Shown here in pieces: positions 40,859 to 50,559 of a DNA stretch of 64,000 bases. The DNA lies in contig JACPDA010000004.1 of assembly GCA_016184225.1 (NCBI GenBank), forward strand, positions 474,763 to 538,762. Reading direction: 5' to 3'. The translations under genes and the position numbers were made by a program. Below the pieces are notes generated by a model that was not told the origin of the DNA, ran no database searches, and saw nothing but the letters and a program-made list of their open reading frames with translations. Numbering within the stretch: the first letter of the stretch is position 1; each line of letters opens with the position of its first letter. Origin of the DNA: Candidatus Daviesbacteria bacterium (GTDB lineage Bacteria; Patescibacteriota; Microgenomatia; Daviesbacterales; UBA10151).

Positions 40859-41435
40859 TAAATATAAACTAATAATTGACTCTTTTGGTAAAGATAGGTT
40901 TAAGTTTAATGAACCGTTAAAAGATTATACGCATTCAAGCCTTGGGGGGCCGGCTAAGTTATTTTTTATTGCTTTTACGGAGCGGGATTTAATTAAAGTA
41001 GTCAGTATATGCAGGCAGTTAAAATTGCCCTATTTTTTGTTCGGTACAGGCAGTAAGATTTTGATTTCAGATTCGGGTTTTGATGGGTTGGTCATTAAAA
41101 ATAGGACAAAGAATATCCAAACAGTTTCTGTTAAAGGCAAGGTTACAAAATATGGCATAGGAGTGGAAGAAGCTTTAGTGGAAGTAGAATCAGGGGTGAG
41201 TATGCGCAAATGGGTAGAATATCTTGACTCTCAGGGTTTAGAAACTTTGGCTTTTCATAGTACACCAGGGAGTATTGGTGGAAATCTTTTTATCCACAGA
41301 TTTTTGCAAACCTCGGCTAAAAGTATTAAAGTATTAAACTTAAAATCAGATATTCAGCAGATAAGTGCTCTGAATTTAAATTTTAAAAGGCATATAATAC
41401 TATCTGCGGTATTTAAGATTAAGGCAAAAAAATGA
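40851..41435 (+). CDS. Truncated MurB-like protein (FAD-binding part only)
   Basis: EPLKDYT..LGGPA, GTGSKILISDSGFDGLVI, PGSIGG; ends at 194 aa without the C-terminal domain. Confidence 0.7.
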   Translation: MDNKYKLIIDSFGKDRFKFNEPLKDYTHSSLGGPAKLFFIAFTERDLIKVVSICRQLKLPYFLFGTGSKILISDSGFDGLVIKNRTKNIQTVSVKGKVTKYGIGVEEALVEVESGVSMRKWVEYLDSQGLETLAFHSTPGSIGGNLFIHRFLQTSAKSIKVLNLKSDIQQISALNLNFKRHIILSAVFKIKAKK

Positions 41436-42691
41436 AGTATATAATCAATGGTGGGCATCGATTAGAGGGGACAGTCCGTGTCTCAGGCAACAAAAATTCG
41501 GTTTTTCCCTGTATTGCTGGAGCACTTTTAACAGGGGAAGAGGTAATTTTAGAAAATATCTCCGATTTGGTAGATACCGAAGTTTTAATCCAGATTTTAA
41601 AAAAGCTGGGGGTAGCTGTAGAAGAAAATGTATCTACTCTTAAAATTAAAGCATCTGCGATTCGTCACTTTAATTTACCTGAGGATTTAATGTTGAAACT
41701 CAGAGGATCAATTGTCCTGGTTGGGGCGCTCCTGGGAAGAGAAGGTAAAGTAAATTTTTACCATCCGGGAGGGGATATTATAGGAAGAAGAAGTATAGAG
41801 ACCCACGCCGGCGGTTTTAAGGCATTAGGCGCTGTATTAAAAAGAAGCGGCTCGAAGTTTAGTTTATCTTTTGCAGAACATTCTTCACTAACTTGCGACA
41901 TTTTCCTTTCAGAGGCATCGGTGACTGCAACCGAAAACCTAATTTTAGCCGCAGTTTTGGGCAGAAGGGTGGTAGTTTTAAGAAACTGCGCCAAGGAGCC
42001 TCATGTCAGCGATCTTTGCAAGATGCTGGTTCAGATGGGCGCTAATATTGAAGGGATAGGTACTGATACTATCAGGATTACGGGAGTCGAAAATCTACAT
42101 GGGACCAAATTCCGGATAGGAGCAGATTATATTGAGGTAGGCACTTATGTCGTGGCTTGCGCAATTACAGGCGGCGAAGTAATAATTGAAGGGATAGAGG
42201 GTGCCTTTTTAGCTCCGGCATTGGCGCCACTTAAAAGTTTTGGTATTAAAATAGAAGAGGGTAAAGATAGTATTAAAGTCTTTCCATCAAAACTTAAATC
42301 TATTGATAAACTTGTTACCAATACTTGGCCGGGGTTCCCGACAGATCTTATGAGTGTAGCGATAGTTTTGGCAACTCAATCCAAAGGAGTGAGTTTGTGT
42401 CACGATTGGATGTACGAAGGTAGAATGTTTTTTGTAGACAAGTTGATTACAATGGGAGCCAAAATTACCCTGGCTGATCCGCACAGAGTACTTGTATACG
42501 GACCTGATAAATTGCGCGGTAAAGTCTTGGAAACTCCCGATATCAGAGCTGGCATGGCTTTAGTTGTGGCTGCTTTAGCGGCCAAGGGTAAGAGTATTAT
42601 CAATCAGGCGCAGCTTATTGAGAGAGGTTATGAAGACGTGGTTTACAAGCTTAAAAGTTTAGGCGCTGATATTGAAAGAGTCGAGGCTTAA
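41432..42691 (+). CDS. murA: UDP-N-acetylglucosamine 1-carboxyvinyltransferase
   Basis: SGNKN, PGGDIIGRR, SVTATEN, AKEPHV, WPGFPTD, PDIRAG, IERGYE. Confidence 0.95.
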   Translation: MKYIINGGHRLEGTVRVSGNKNSVFPCIAGALLTGEEVILENISDLVDTEVLIQILKKLGVAVEENVSTLKIKASAIRHFNLPEDLMLKLRGSIVLVGALLGREGKVNFYHPGGDIIGRRSIETHAGGFKALGAVLKRSGSKFSLSFAEHSSLTCDIFLSEASVTATENLILAAVLGRRVVVLRNCAKEPHVSDLCKMLVQMGANIEGIGTDTIRITGVENLHGTKFRIGADYIEVGTYVVACAITGGEVIIEGIEGAFLAPALAPLKSFGIKIEEGKDSIKVFPSKLKSIDKLVTNTWPGFPTDLMSVAIVLATQSKGVSLCHDWMYEGRMFFVDKLITMGAKITLADPHRVLVYGPDKLRGKVLETPDIRAGMALVVAALAAKGKSIINQAQLIERGYEDVVYKLKSLGADIERVEA

Positions 42692-42698
42692 TCGTTTT

Positions 42699-43898
42699 AT
42701 GGATATTATAGATCATCCGATTTGGAGTCAGGTTACTCCCTATAAAACAAAAATCTCTCCTTTTAAAAAGCCGTTTCACCTACTTCGAATATATTTAGCT
42801 AAACAATATGCCAAATTATATCCGGCGGAGGCGTTTATTGGCGTGACCGGTTCTGTGGGGAAAACCACCACTGTTGCAGCTTGTAGCGCAGTTTTATCTC
42901 AAAAGTACAAAACCCTTTCAACGAAACCAAACCTTGACCCGGTTTTAAACATTCCATCTACTCTTTTGAAAATAAATCCGCGGGTCAAGAAAATTATCTT
43001 GGAGATGGGAATTGAATATAAAGGGGAAATGGATTTTTACCTTTCATTAATTAAGCCTAAAACGGTAATATTAACCAGGATTGCTTATGCACATAATGAG
43101 ACTTTGGGAAGCATCAATGAAGTTCTACAGGAGAAAAGAAAGTTGGTTGAGAGCTTAGATACGGATGGAGTGGCAATACTTAATTGGGACGATCCCAGCA
43201 GTAAAAAGCTGGCTGAGAATTGTAAAGGAAGTGTCCTCTACTTTGGTATGGATCCTAAAAATTGTACAATTTGGGCTTCTAATCCAAGAATCGAAAACTT
43301 TGCTACAACTTTCGAACTAAACCACAATGTCGAGCGGGTTAAAGTAAACTTCCAGCTTTTAGGACTACATCAAGTTTATCCCGCACTGGCAGCTGCCCTG
43401 TTGGGAGTAATTCATGGTATTCCCTTAACTAGGATAAAACTGGCTTTGGAAACGATTGAGCCATCAGAACATCGACTACAAGCTGTGAAGGGCCCAAATG
43501 GCTCAATTGTTTTGGATGATACCTATAACAGCTCCCCAAGCGCGCTTGATAGTGCTATTGATGCCCTTCTTCAGATACCGGCCAGGAGAAGAGTAATTGT
43601 TTTAGGTGAGATGAGGGAGTTAGGGCCATATTCTGAGCAGTTACACAGACAGGTTGCCCAAAGGATCTACAAGGAGAAGCTGGATTTTGTATTCTTAGGT
43701 CAAGGAGAGGCTCAAGTTATTGCTGATGAACTAAAAAGTCTAGGTTTTTGGGAAGAGAGAATGGAATCTAATTTAAGAAACTCGGAGCTTGTTTCGAAAT
43801 TAATAAAGACCCTGGGTAAGGGCGATGTCTGTTTGATTAAGGGTTCAAGGGCTGTAAGATTAGATGAGGTAGTTGGGAGAATAGCAAAGAAATCATGA
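42699..43898 (+). CDS. murF: MurF ligase lacking the usual N-terminal domain
   Basis: GVTGSVGKTTT, DDTYNSSP, LGEMRELG, LIKGSR. Confidence 0.88.
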   Translation: MDIIDHPIWSQVTPYKTKISPFKKPFHLLRIYLAKQYAKLYPAEAFIGVTGSVGKTTTVAACSAVLSQKYKTLSTKPNLDPVLNIPSTLLKINPRVKKIILEMGIEYKGEMDFYLSLIKPKTVILTRIAYAHNETLGSINEVLQEKRKLVESLDTDGVAILNWDDPSSKKLAENCKGSVLYFGMDPKNCTIWASNPRIENFATTFELNHNVERVKVNFQLLGLHQVYPALAAALLGVIHGIPLTRIKLALETIEPSEHRLQAVKGPNGSIVLDDTYNSSPSALDSAIDALLQIPARRRVIVLGEMRELGPYSEQLHRQVAQRIYKEKLDFVFLGQGEAQVIADELKSLGFWEERMESNLRNSELVSKLIKTLGKGDVCLIKGSRAVRLDEVVGRIAKKS

Positions 43899-44902
43899 CA
43901 CAACTACTTGGATTAGTTCTTTTATCATTTGTCATAACTTCTGTTTTTATGGTGCCATTTATTGATTTGCTTTTTCATCTCAAGAGACGCTTTGAAAAAA
44001 TTGAAGGAAGGCAAAAAAAATCCGAGACTCCGATACACGATCAGTTAATGAAGACGGATATCGGTACCCCTTCCGGCGGAGGGATATTGCTAATTTTAAT
44101 TCTGGTGATTTTAAGCCTGGGGATTTTTCTCTTTAGTCCTCAAGCAGATAAAGTGAGTTTATCAATTTTACTTTTTACGGTTATTTCATTTGGATCCTTG
44201 GGGTTAACAGATGATATTAAGTTCATCCTGACAAGAAGGAAAGGAAAATTTATGGGGCTGGGCAGAAAAAGGATAATGATAATACAAGCAAGCCTAGCGG
44301 TTTTAATTTCAGCAATGCTTTATTTTTTAGCAGGTTTAAATAATTTCTACATCTCCGGATTGGGCAATTTAATCCTTAATTTTTGGTATATACCTATCTC
44401 TGCTTTTGTGATCGTTGCTTTTGCAAACGCATATAATATTTCAGATGGATTGGACGGTTTATCAGCCGGGTTATTGCTTATTTGTCTAATTGCCTTTTTA
44501 GCACTTGCATCATCAAGTCTTGATTTGACGCTGGCATCTTTTATAGGAATTTGGATTGGGCTTTTATTTGCATATCTTTATTTTAACGTGTGGCCGGCAA
44601 GGATTTTCTTAGGTGATGCAGGTGCTTTTGCTTTTGGGGCAACTTTAGCGGTTGTCGGACTTTTGACAGGGAAGATTTTGGCTCTGGCAATCATCGGAGG
44701 CATGTTCGTTTTAATTGTTGTTTCATCCGCTGTCCAAATATTTTCCAAAAAAATCTTTAAGAAAAAAATTTTACCGGTTTCCCCCATCCATATGTATTTT
44801 AAATATATTGGCTGGGAAGAACCCAAGATTGTGAGTAGATTCTGGTTGGCAGGGGGTGTATTTGCTATTTTAGGTTTATGGATAGCACTACTTTCACGAT
44901 GA
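43895..44902 (+). CDS. mraY: Phospho-N-acetylmuramoyl-pentapeptide transferase
   Basis: GTPSGGG, GLTDD, NAYNISDGLDGL, IFLGDAG, PIH, GWEEPKIV. Confidence 0.93.
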   Translation: MTQLLGLVLLSFVITSVFMVPFIDLLFHLKRRFEKIEGRQKKSETPIHDQLMKTDIGTPSGGGILLILILVILSLGIFLFSPQADKVSLSILLFTVISFGSLGLTDDIKFILTRRKGKFMGLGRKRIMIIQASLAVLISAMLYFLAGLNNFYISGLGNLILNFWYIPISAFVIVAFANAYNISDGLDGLSAGLLLICLIAFLALASSSLDLTLASFIGIWIGLLFAYLYFNVWPARIFLGDAGAFAFGATLAVVGLLTGKILALAIIGGMFVLIVVSSAVQIFSKKIFKKKILPVSPIHMYFKYIGWEEPKIVSRFWLAGGVFAILGLWIALLSR

Positions 44903-45990
44903 AAGCTTCCAATCTTCAGTCTCAAAAAAAGCAAATAGATTTAAGCTTACTTTTGACTGTAGGAGCATTGACGGTTTTTGGACTCCTGATGGTTTATGAT
45001 GCATCGGCAATTGCCGGTATAAGGGATTTTAAAGACAGCCTCTACTATATAAGACAGCAGTTGGTTTGGGTGGCAATTGGGGTGGCTTCTATGGTTTTTT
45101 TTACCCGGTTAGACTATAAAAAATTTAAGCTTTTTGGGGTACCACTTTTGCTTGCTTCGCTATTACTCTTACTTGCAGTTTTCATTCCGGGGTTAGGGGT
45201 AGCCGGTGGGGGAGCACATAGGTGGTTAAGACTTGGAATGATTACAATACAGCCTGCTGAGATTATTAAGCTGACAGGAGTAATTTACCTGGCTGTACTT
45301 TTTGAGAAAAAAGCGAGATTAATCCCCTTCTTAACTCTTATTGGGGGAATTAGTTTGGTTACAGCCGTTTTACAAAAAGACTTAGGATCAACAGTGGTTT
45401 TTGTTCTAACGGCTGGCGCTGTTTATTTTGCAGCAGGGGGTTCTATTTGGCATTTTATTATTGCTGCACCTGTGGGGATTTTGGCTTTTCTTTTTTTAGT
45501 ACTCACATCCAGTTACAGAAGTAAAAGGATCCTAGCTTTCTTAGATCCATTTTCTGATCCCCAAGGTTTTACTTATCATATTTCACAGGTTTTGATAGCT
45601 TTAGGTTCTGGTGGGTTGTTTGGTTTAGGATTGGGACAATCCAGGCAAAAATTTGAATATATACCGGAAGTTAGTACGGATTCTATTTTTGGAATTATAG
45701 GTGAGGAAATAGGATTTATAGGCGGGAGCTTGGTAATAGCCCTTTTTGCTTTTGTTTTAATAAGAGGACTTAAAATTGCCACAAACTCTCAGGATAATTT
45801 TGGTAGGATACTTGCTCTAGGTTTAACGTCCTGGTTAGGCATTCAAGCAATTGTTAATCTTGCTTCTATGACAGCCCTGCTTCCGCTTACTGGAGTACCG
45901 CTGCCTTTTATTTCGTATGGAGGGTCGGCACTGGTGGTTAATTTAACGGCGATAGGGATTTTACTTAATATTTCAAAACAGACAACATGA
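44899..45990 (+). CDS. ftsW: SEDS protein FtsW
   Basis: GLLMVYDAS, QPAEIIK, GLGQSRQK, TGVPLPFISYGGS; dcw position. Confidence 0.93.
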   Translation: MKASNLQSQKKQIDLSLLLTVGALTVFGLLMVYDASAIAGIRDFKDSLYYIRQQLVWVAIGVASMVFFTRLDYKKFKLFGVPLLLASLLLLLAVFIPGLGVAGGGAHRWLRLGMITIQPAEIIKLTGVIYLAVLFEKKARLIPFLTLIGGISLVTAVLQKDLGSTVVFVLTAGAVYFAAGGSIWHFIIAAPVGILAFLFLVLTSSYRSKRILAFLDPFSDPQGFTYHISQVLIALGSGGLFGLGLGQSRQKFEYIPEVSTDSIFGIIGEEIGFIGGSLVIALFAFVLIRGLKIATNSQDNFGRILALGLTSWLGIQAIVNLASMTALLPLTGVPLPFISYGGSALVVNLTAIGILLNISKQTT

Positions 45991-47105
45991 AGATAATGGT
46001 TACCGGGGCGCATTTTACACCGGCAGTTGCAACAATTGAAGAGTTGAAGAAAATAGGAGGATCAGAAGTGGTCTATGTTGGAAGAAGTACTACTTTGGAG
46101 GGAGATAGGACCCTGTCAGTTGAGTCAAAAGTACTACCGAGTTTAGGGGTTAAATTTATTCCGATTATTGCAGGAAGACTACAAAGGTCTTTAACTATTT
46201 TTACCGTTTTTTCCCTGCTCAAAATCCCCATTGGATTTTTGCAGGCTTTATTTATTGTCTTACTGGAGCGGCCGGATGTGATTTTATCTTTTGGTGGGTA
46301 TGTGGCAGTACCCATTGTAATAGCCGGTTGGTTTTTTTCTGTCCCGGTTATTATCCATGAGCAGGGTTTAGTGGTTGGTTTGGCAAACAGAATCAGCTCA
46401 GTGTTTGCAGATAAAATTGCCGTTTCTTTTAAGAATAGTGATTTTAAGGGTGACGGAGTTATTTTAACCGGTAACCCGATTAGGAGTGAAATTTTAGAGA
46501 AGAGAAAGGGTGTGAAGCTGAAACACCCGGAGGGTGTAGGGCCAGGAAAGTTGCCGGTTGTTTTGATAATGGGGGGAAACCAGGGGTCGCATGTCATTAA
46601 TTTGGCAGTAGAGCAATGCTTAGAAAAACTTCTGAAGGTGGCAGAAGTAGTTCATCAAACAGGGGATTCTAAGTATAAAGATTATGAAAGACTGGAGGAA
46701 TTAGGGCGTTTAGGGGTTTTAGGGAAAAGATATGGGGTTAAGAAATGGATCGGAGAAAATTATGGAGATGCTTTACAAGAAGCTGATTTGGTGGTTTCAC
46801 GGGCAGGGATAAATACCCTGACAGAGCTTGCCCTTTTAGGAAAACCGGCGCTCCTGGTTCCCATTTCCAATAGCGAGCAAAATAAAAACGCGAGATATTT
46901 TGAAAGCTTAGGATTAGCAAAGATTTTGCCCCAGTCTAAATTATCAGCAGAAGCATTGTTTGAAAATATTGTGGTCATGTTAAAGAATTTGGATAAACTA
47001 AAACAAAATGCAAAAGAAGCAGAAAAAATAATTGTTCCATATGCGGCCAAAAGACTGGCTTTGGAAACAATGCTTCTGGCTAAAAATCCTGGGGTGCATT
47101 ACTAA
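45987..47105 (+). CDS. murG: Lipid II GlcNAc transferase MurG
   Basis: FGGYVAVP, IHEQ, TGNPIR, GGNQGS, SRAG, EQNKNA. Confidence 0.93.
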   Translation: MKIMVTGAHFTPAVATIEELKKIGGSEVVYVGRSTTLEGDRTLSVESKVLPSLGVKFIPIIAGRLQRSLTIFTVFSLLKIPIGFLQALFIVLLERPDVILSFGGYVAVPIVIAGWFFSVPVIIHEQGLVVGLANRISSVFADKIAVSFKNSDFKGDGVILTGNPIRSEILEKRKGVKLKHPEGVGPGKLPVVLIMGGNQGSHVINLAVEQCLEKLLKVAEVVHQTGDSKYKDYERLEELGRLGVLGKRYGVKKWIGENYGDALQEADLVVSRAGINTLTELALLGKPALLVPISNSEQNKNARYFESLGLAKILPQSKLSAEALFENIVVMLKNLDKLKQNAKEAEKIIVPYAAKRLALETMLLAKNPGVHY

Positions 47106-47107
47106 AT

Positions 47108-47950
47108 ATGTGGCGAAGAAAGAAATTTAAGAAAAGACGCTTTGGTAAATGGTCCAAAATTTATTGGGTTACCCCGATTCTTTTAATCCTTATTTGTTCA
47201 TTTCTTTTTTTGAAGTCAGGAATTTTTACTATAAAACAGGTTGATATACAAATAGGCAAGCTTAAATGTATTGATGAAAAACAGATTAAGGATTCTGCAA
47301 ATCTTTTGGGTCAAAATTTTTTTCTGTTAGATCCTGCAAAGGTTGAGGATGATTTAAAGAAAAAATTTTTCTGCATAAAATCAGCGCCGCTCAGTAAAAT
47401 TTTCCCAAATAAGGTTAAGATACAGACTTTTGACAGAGAACCTGCTGCGTTGTTAATTTCTTTAGAAGAGAAAGAGGCCTCAATGTCTTCTTTGGTTGCT
47501 GATATTGCCACACCCAGTGCCCAACAGGTACGGGATTCCTATAGTGTAGACGCGGAAGGGGTAATTTTTTCTGAAGATACGAAGGATTTAAATGTCCCAA
47601 AAATCTATATTTATGATTCGGGGATTACTTTGGGTAAAAAATTGGAGAATGATTTAATCGGCAATTCTTTGAAGATTTTAGAAAAAGTAAAAACTTTGGG
47701 AATAGAGGTTAAGGAAGGTTGGATTTTTGATAATTTTTTCATTATTAACAGCGAAGTTTCAAACCTTAAAATAATCTTCCGTTTAAACGAGAAACTTGAT
47801 ATACAACTTGCATCTTTACAACTGATTCTGGATAAAGCTAAAATAAACCGTAGGACTATTCCGACTGAAGTCGGAAGAGACTTGAAAGAGTTGGAGTTTA
47901 TCGATCTAAGATTTGATAAACCCGTTGTTAAGTTTGCCCCTAAAAAATAG
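47108..47950 (+). CDS. ftsQ: Cell division protein FtsQ/DivIB-like
   Basis: TM plus POTRA-like domain (KIFPNKVKI..REP); C-terminal IDLRF. Confidence 0.75.
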   Translation: MWRRKKFKKRRFGKWSKIYWVTPILLILICSFLFLKSGIFTIKQVDIQIGKLKCIDEKQIKDSANLLGQNFFLLDPAKVEDDLKKKFFCIKSAPLSKIFPNKVKIQTFDREPAALLISLEEKEASMSSLVADIATPSAQQVRDSYSVDAEGVIFSEDTKDLNVPKIYIYDSGITLGKKLENDLIGNSLKILEKVKTLGIEVKEGWIFDNFFIINSEVSNLKIIFRLNEKLDIQLASLQLILDKAKINRRTIPTEVGRDLKELEFIDLRFDKPVVKFAPKK

Positions 47951-47976
47951 TTTATTACGGAGTAACAAACTTGTTT

Positions 47977-49275
47977 ATGGCTAAAGACCGAATAATATGC
48001 GGAATAGATGTTGGCTCATCCAAAATAGCCACCCTGATTGCTTCAATTGACGAGACAGGAAAGATAAACCTCATTGGCGTTTCTTCTACTGTTTCAAAAG
48101 GCGTCAAGAAAACTCAAGTTGTAGATATTGATGAAGCTATTGACGCCATAACCGAGTCGGTCGAAGCGGCTGAGCGGATGGCAGGGTATTCTATTTCACA
48201 AGCATACGTTTCGTTAGGCGGTCCTCAGATAGAAAGCGTAAACCAGCATGCAGTGGTGGCTGTTTCAGAACCCGAAGGGGAGATTAAAGATTCCGATATC
48301 CGCCGGGTTAATGATGCAGCCAGGGCAATTCCCCTTCCTTCTTCACGGGAAATCCTGCATGTAATCCCGCGCACTTTTACAGTTGATGGGCAGGAAGGTA
48401 TTAAAGACCCGATCGGGATGACAGGGGTCAGACTAGAAACCGAGACGCATATAATCACCGGTGCAACTACCTCGATGAGAAACCTTGTCAAATGTGTTTC
48501 CCAGGTAGGTATAGATGTTACGGAATTAGTTTTCGCCGGGATTGCTTCTGCTCTTTCCGTACTATCTGATACAGAAAAAGAATTGGGAGTAGTATTGGTA
48601 GATATAGGTGGAGAGACAACAGATGTGGTCATTTTTATAGACGGGTCAGTTGCCTATTCATCCGTTATTCCAATTGGCGCTCGTCATATTACTTCCGATA
48701 TGGCAGTAGGCCTTAGGGTTTCACTGGAGTCGGCGGAAAAGATTAAATTATCTTTAGGTAAGCTGCCAAAGGTTCCGGCACTTTCAGAAGGACAAGAAGA
48801 GATTAAGACTGCGACGAACGGTAAGAAGAAAGATGAGGAGGTTATAGATATCAAAGCATTGGGTATTACCGAGGACATACAAAAAATTTCCCGCAAAGCT
48901 GTAGTTGATGGAATTATCAAGCCCCGCCTACAAGAAGTATTTAAATTTGTTGGTAAAGAGATCAAAAAGAGCGGTTTTGGTGCCCAGGTTCCGTCCGGAT
49001 TGGTAATTTGTGGAGGAGGTGCCCAGACAATCGGGGTTCTGGAACAGGCAAAATACGTACTTGGGTTTCCGGCAAGGGTAGGTCAAATTGAGGGGTTAGC
49101 AGGATTAATAGAAGAGATAGATTCGCCTTTATTTGCCACTTCGGCAGGTTTGATCCTATATGGGGCAACGCAAGGCCCCCAAGGGCAACTTCACATACCG
49201 GTTCTTTCCGGAAGTCTGCCAATCAAAGGAATGATACAAAAAGGGCTAGATTTAGTAAAATCATTCCTGCCTTAG
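47977..49275 (+). CDS. ftsA: Cell division protein FtsA
   Basis: GIDVGSSKI, DPIGMTGVRLE, VDIGGETTD, CGGGA. Confidence 0.97.
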   Translation: MAKDRIICGIDVGSSKIATLIASIDETGKINLIGVSSTVSKGVKKTQVVDIDEAIDAITESVEAAERMAGYSISQAYVSLGGPQIESVNQHAVVAVSEPEGEIKDSDIRRVNDAARAIPLPSSREILHVIPRTFTVDGQEGIKDPIGMTGVRLETETHIITGATTSMRNLVKCVSQVGIDVTELVFAGIASALSVLSDTEKELGVVLVDIGGETTDVVIFIDGSVAYSSVIPIGARHITSDMAVGLRVSLESAEKIKLSLGKLPKVPALSEGQEEIKTATNGKKKDEEVIDIKALGITEDIQKISRKAVVDGIIKPRLQEVFKFVGKEIKKSGFGAQVPSGLVICGGGAQTIGVLEQAKYVLGFPARVGQIEGLAGLIEEIDSPLFATSAGLILYGATQGPQGQLHIPVLSGSLPIKGMIQKGLDLVKSFLP

Positions 49276-49278
49276 CTA

Positions 49279-49308
49279 TTGCAATTTTAACTGAGAATCT
49301 GTTATATT
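49279..49308 (+). promoter_or_regulatory. Putative sigma70 promoter for ftsZ
   Basis: TTGCAA-18 nt-TATATT with TG extension. Confidence 0.5.
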
Positions 49309-49363
49309 CTGAGCGAAGCAAAGAATTCAAGCTTTGCTTATATTCTGCCTGAGACTCATAATT

Positions 49364-50524
49364 ATGTTAATCAAACCCGATGTACAGAGATTTGCCAAGA
49401 TTAAAGTAATGGGGCTCGGTGGTGGTGGCTCAAACTCCTTAAACTCGATGATTTCCCTTCAACAGATCCAGGGGGTTGAATTTGTGGCTGTTAATACTGA
49501 CGCGCAGGCATTAATGAACAATCAGTCTCCTACTAAGGTTCAGATCGGAGAAACTTTAACTAAAGGTCTGGGGTCAGGCGGAGATCCGGAAGTAGGAAGA
49601 CAGGCTGCCGAAGAGTCAACCCAAAAACTTCAAGATGTACTGCAGGATGCCGATATGGTCTTTTTGACAGCAGGCATGGGAGGGGGGACCGGCACAGGTT
49701 CTATACCGATAGTGGCTTCCGTGGCCAGAACAATTGGCGCTTTAACTGTGGCTGTAGTTACTAAACCTTTTGCGTTTGAAGGGACCAGACGTATGGTGGT
49801 AGCAGAAGAGGGGCTAGAGAAACTTAGAGATAAAGTAGATGCGCTAATTGTTATTCCCAACCAAAGACTACTGGAAACCGTTGAGAAGAATATGACCTTA
49901 CAGGAGGCATTTAAGTTGGCAGACTCAGTACTGGGCCAGGGGGTTCAGGGTATCTCAGATCTTATTACCATGCCGGGACTTATTAATGTTGATTTTGCGG
50001 ATGTTAAAGCCATTATGTCTAATGCCGGTTCGGCTCTGATGGGAATAGGTGTGGCAGGCGGGGAGAATAGGGCGGCTGCTGCAGCCAGGATGGCAATAGC
50101 TTCCCCGCTTTTGGAAGTTTCAATTGAAGGCGCTAAGGGAGTACTGTTTAATATTGTAGGTGGGCCTGATCTTTCCATGACAGAAGTAAACGAGGCAGCC
50201 CAGATTATTGCCCAGGCGGCAGATCCGGATGCCAATATAATATTCGGTGCCACAATTAAGGAAGACCAGTTAGACCAGATAAAGATTTCGGTTATAGCCA
50301 CAGGTTTTGACGAAACCAGGAGAAGACTGCGGGAGTATATTGGTAATGGTATTGGTTCTGCTACGATGCAGCAGAGTACCGGTTGGACAAGCCCGAACCC
50401 ACCGGCAGATGATTCACAAACACCTCAGGCGGTAGCAGCAGAAGAAGGGGAAGCTGAAGAGGTAAAGACTGAAGAAAACGATGAAGATTTGGAAATCCCC
50501 GCATTCCTTCGCAGCAACCGCTAG
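49364..50524 (+). CDS. ftsZ: Cell division protein FtsZ
   Basis: GGGGSN, AGMGGGTGTG, NVDFADV, C-terminal EIPAFLR. Confidence 0.99.
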   Translation: MLIKPDVQRFAKIKVMGLGGGGSNSLNSMISLQQIQGVEFVAVNTDAQALMNNQSPTKVQIGETLTKGLGSGGDPEVGRQAAEESTQKLQDVLQDADMVFLTAGMGGGTGTGSIPIVASVARTIGALTVAVVTKPFAFEGTRRMVVAEEGLEKLRDKVDALIVIPNQRLLETVEKNMTLQEAFKLADSVLGQGVQGISDLITMPGLINVDFADVKAIMSNAGSALMGIGVAGGENRAAAAARMAIASPLLEVSIEGAKGVLFNIVGGPDLSMTEVNEAAQIIAQAADPDANIIFGATIKEDQLDQIKISVIATGFDETRRRLREYIGNGIGSATMQQSTGWTSPNPPADDSQTPQAVAAEEGEAEEVKTEENDEDLEIPAFLRSNR

Positions 50525-50559
50525 CCTCGAACTTTATATTCTGTTAGAATATCTCCATT

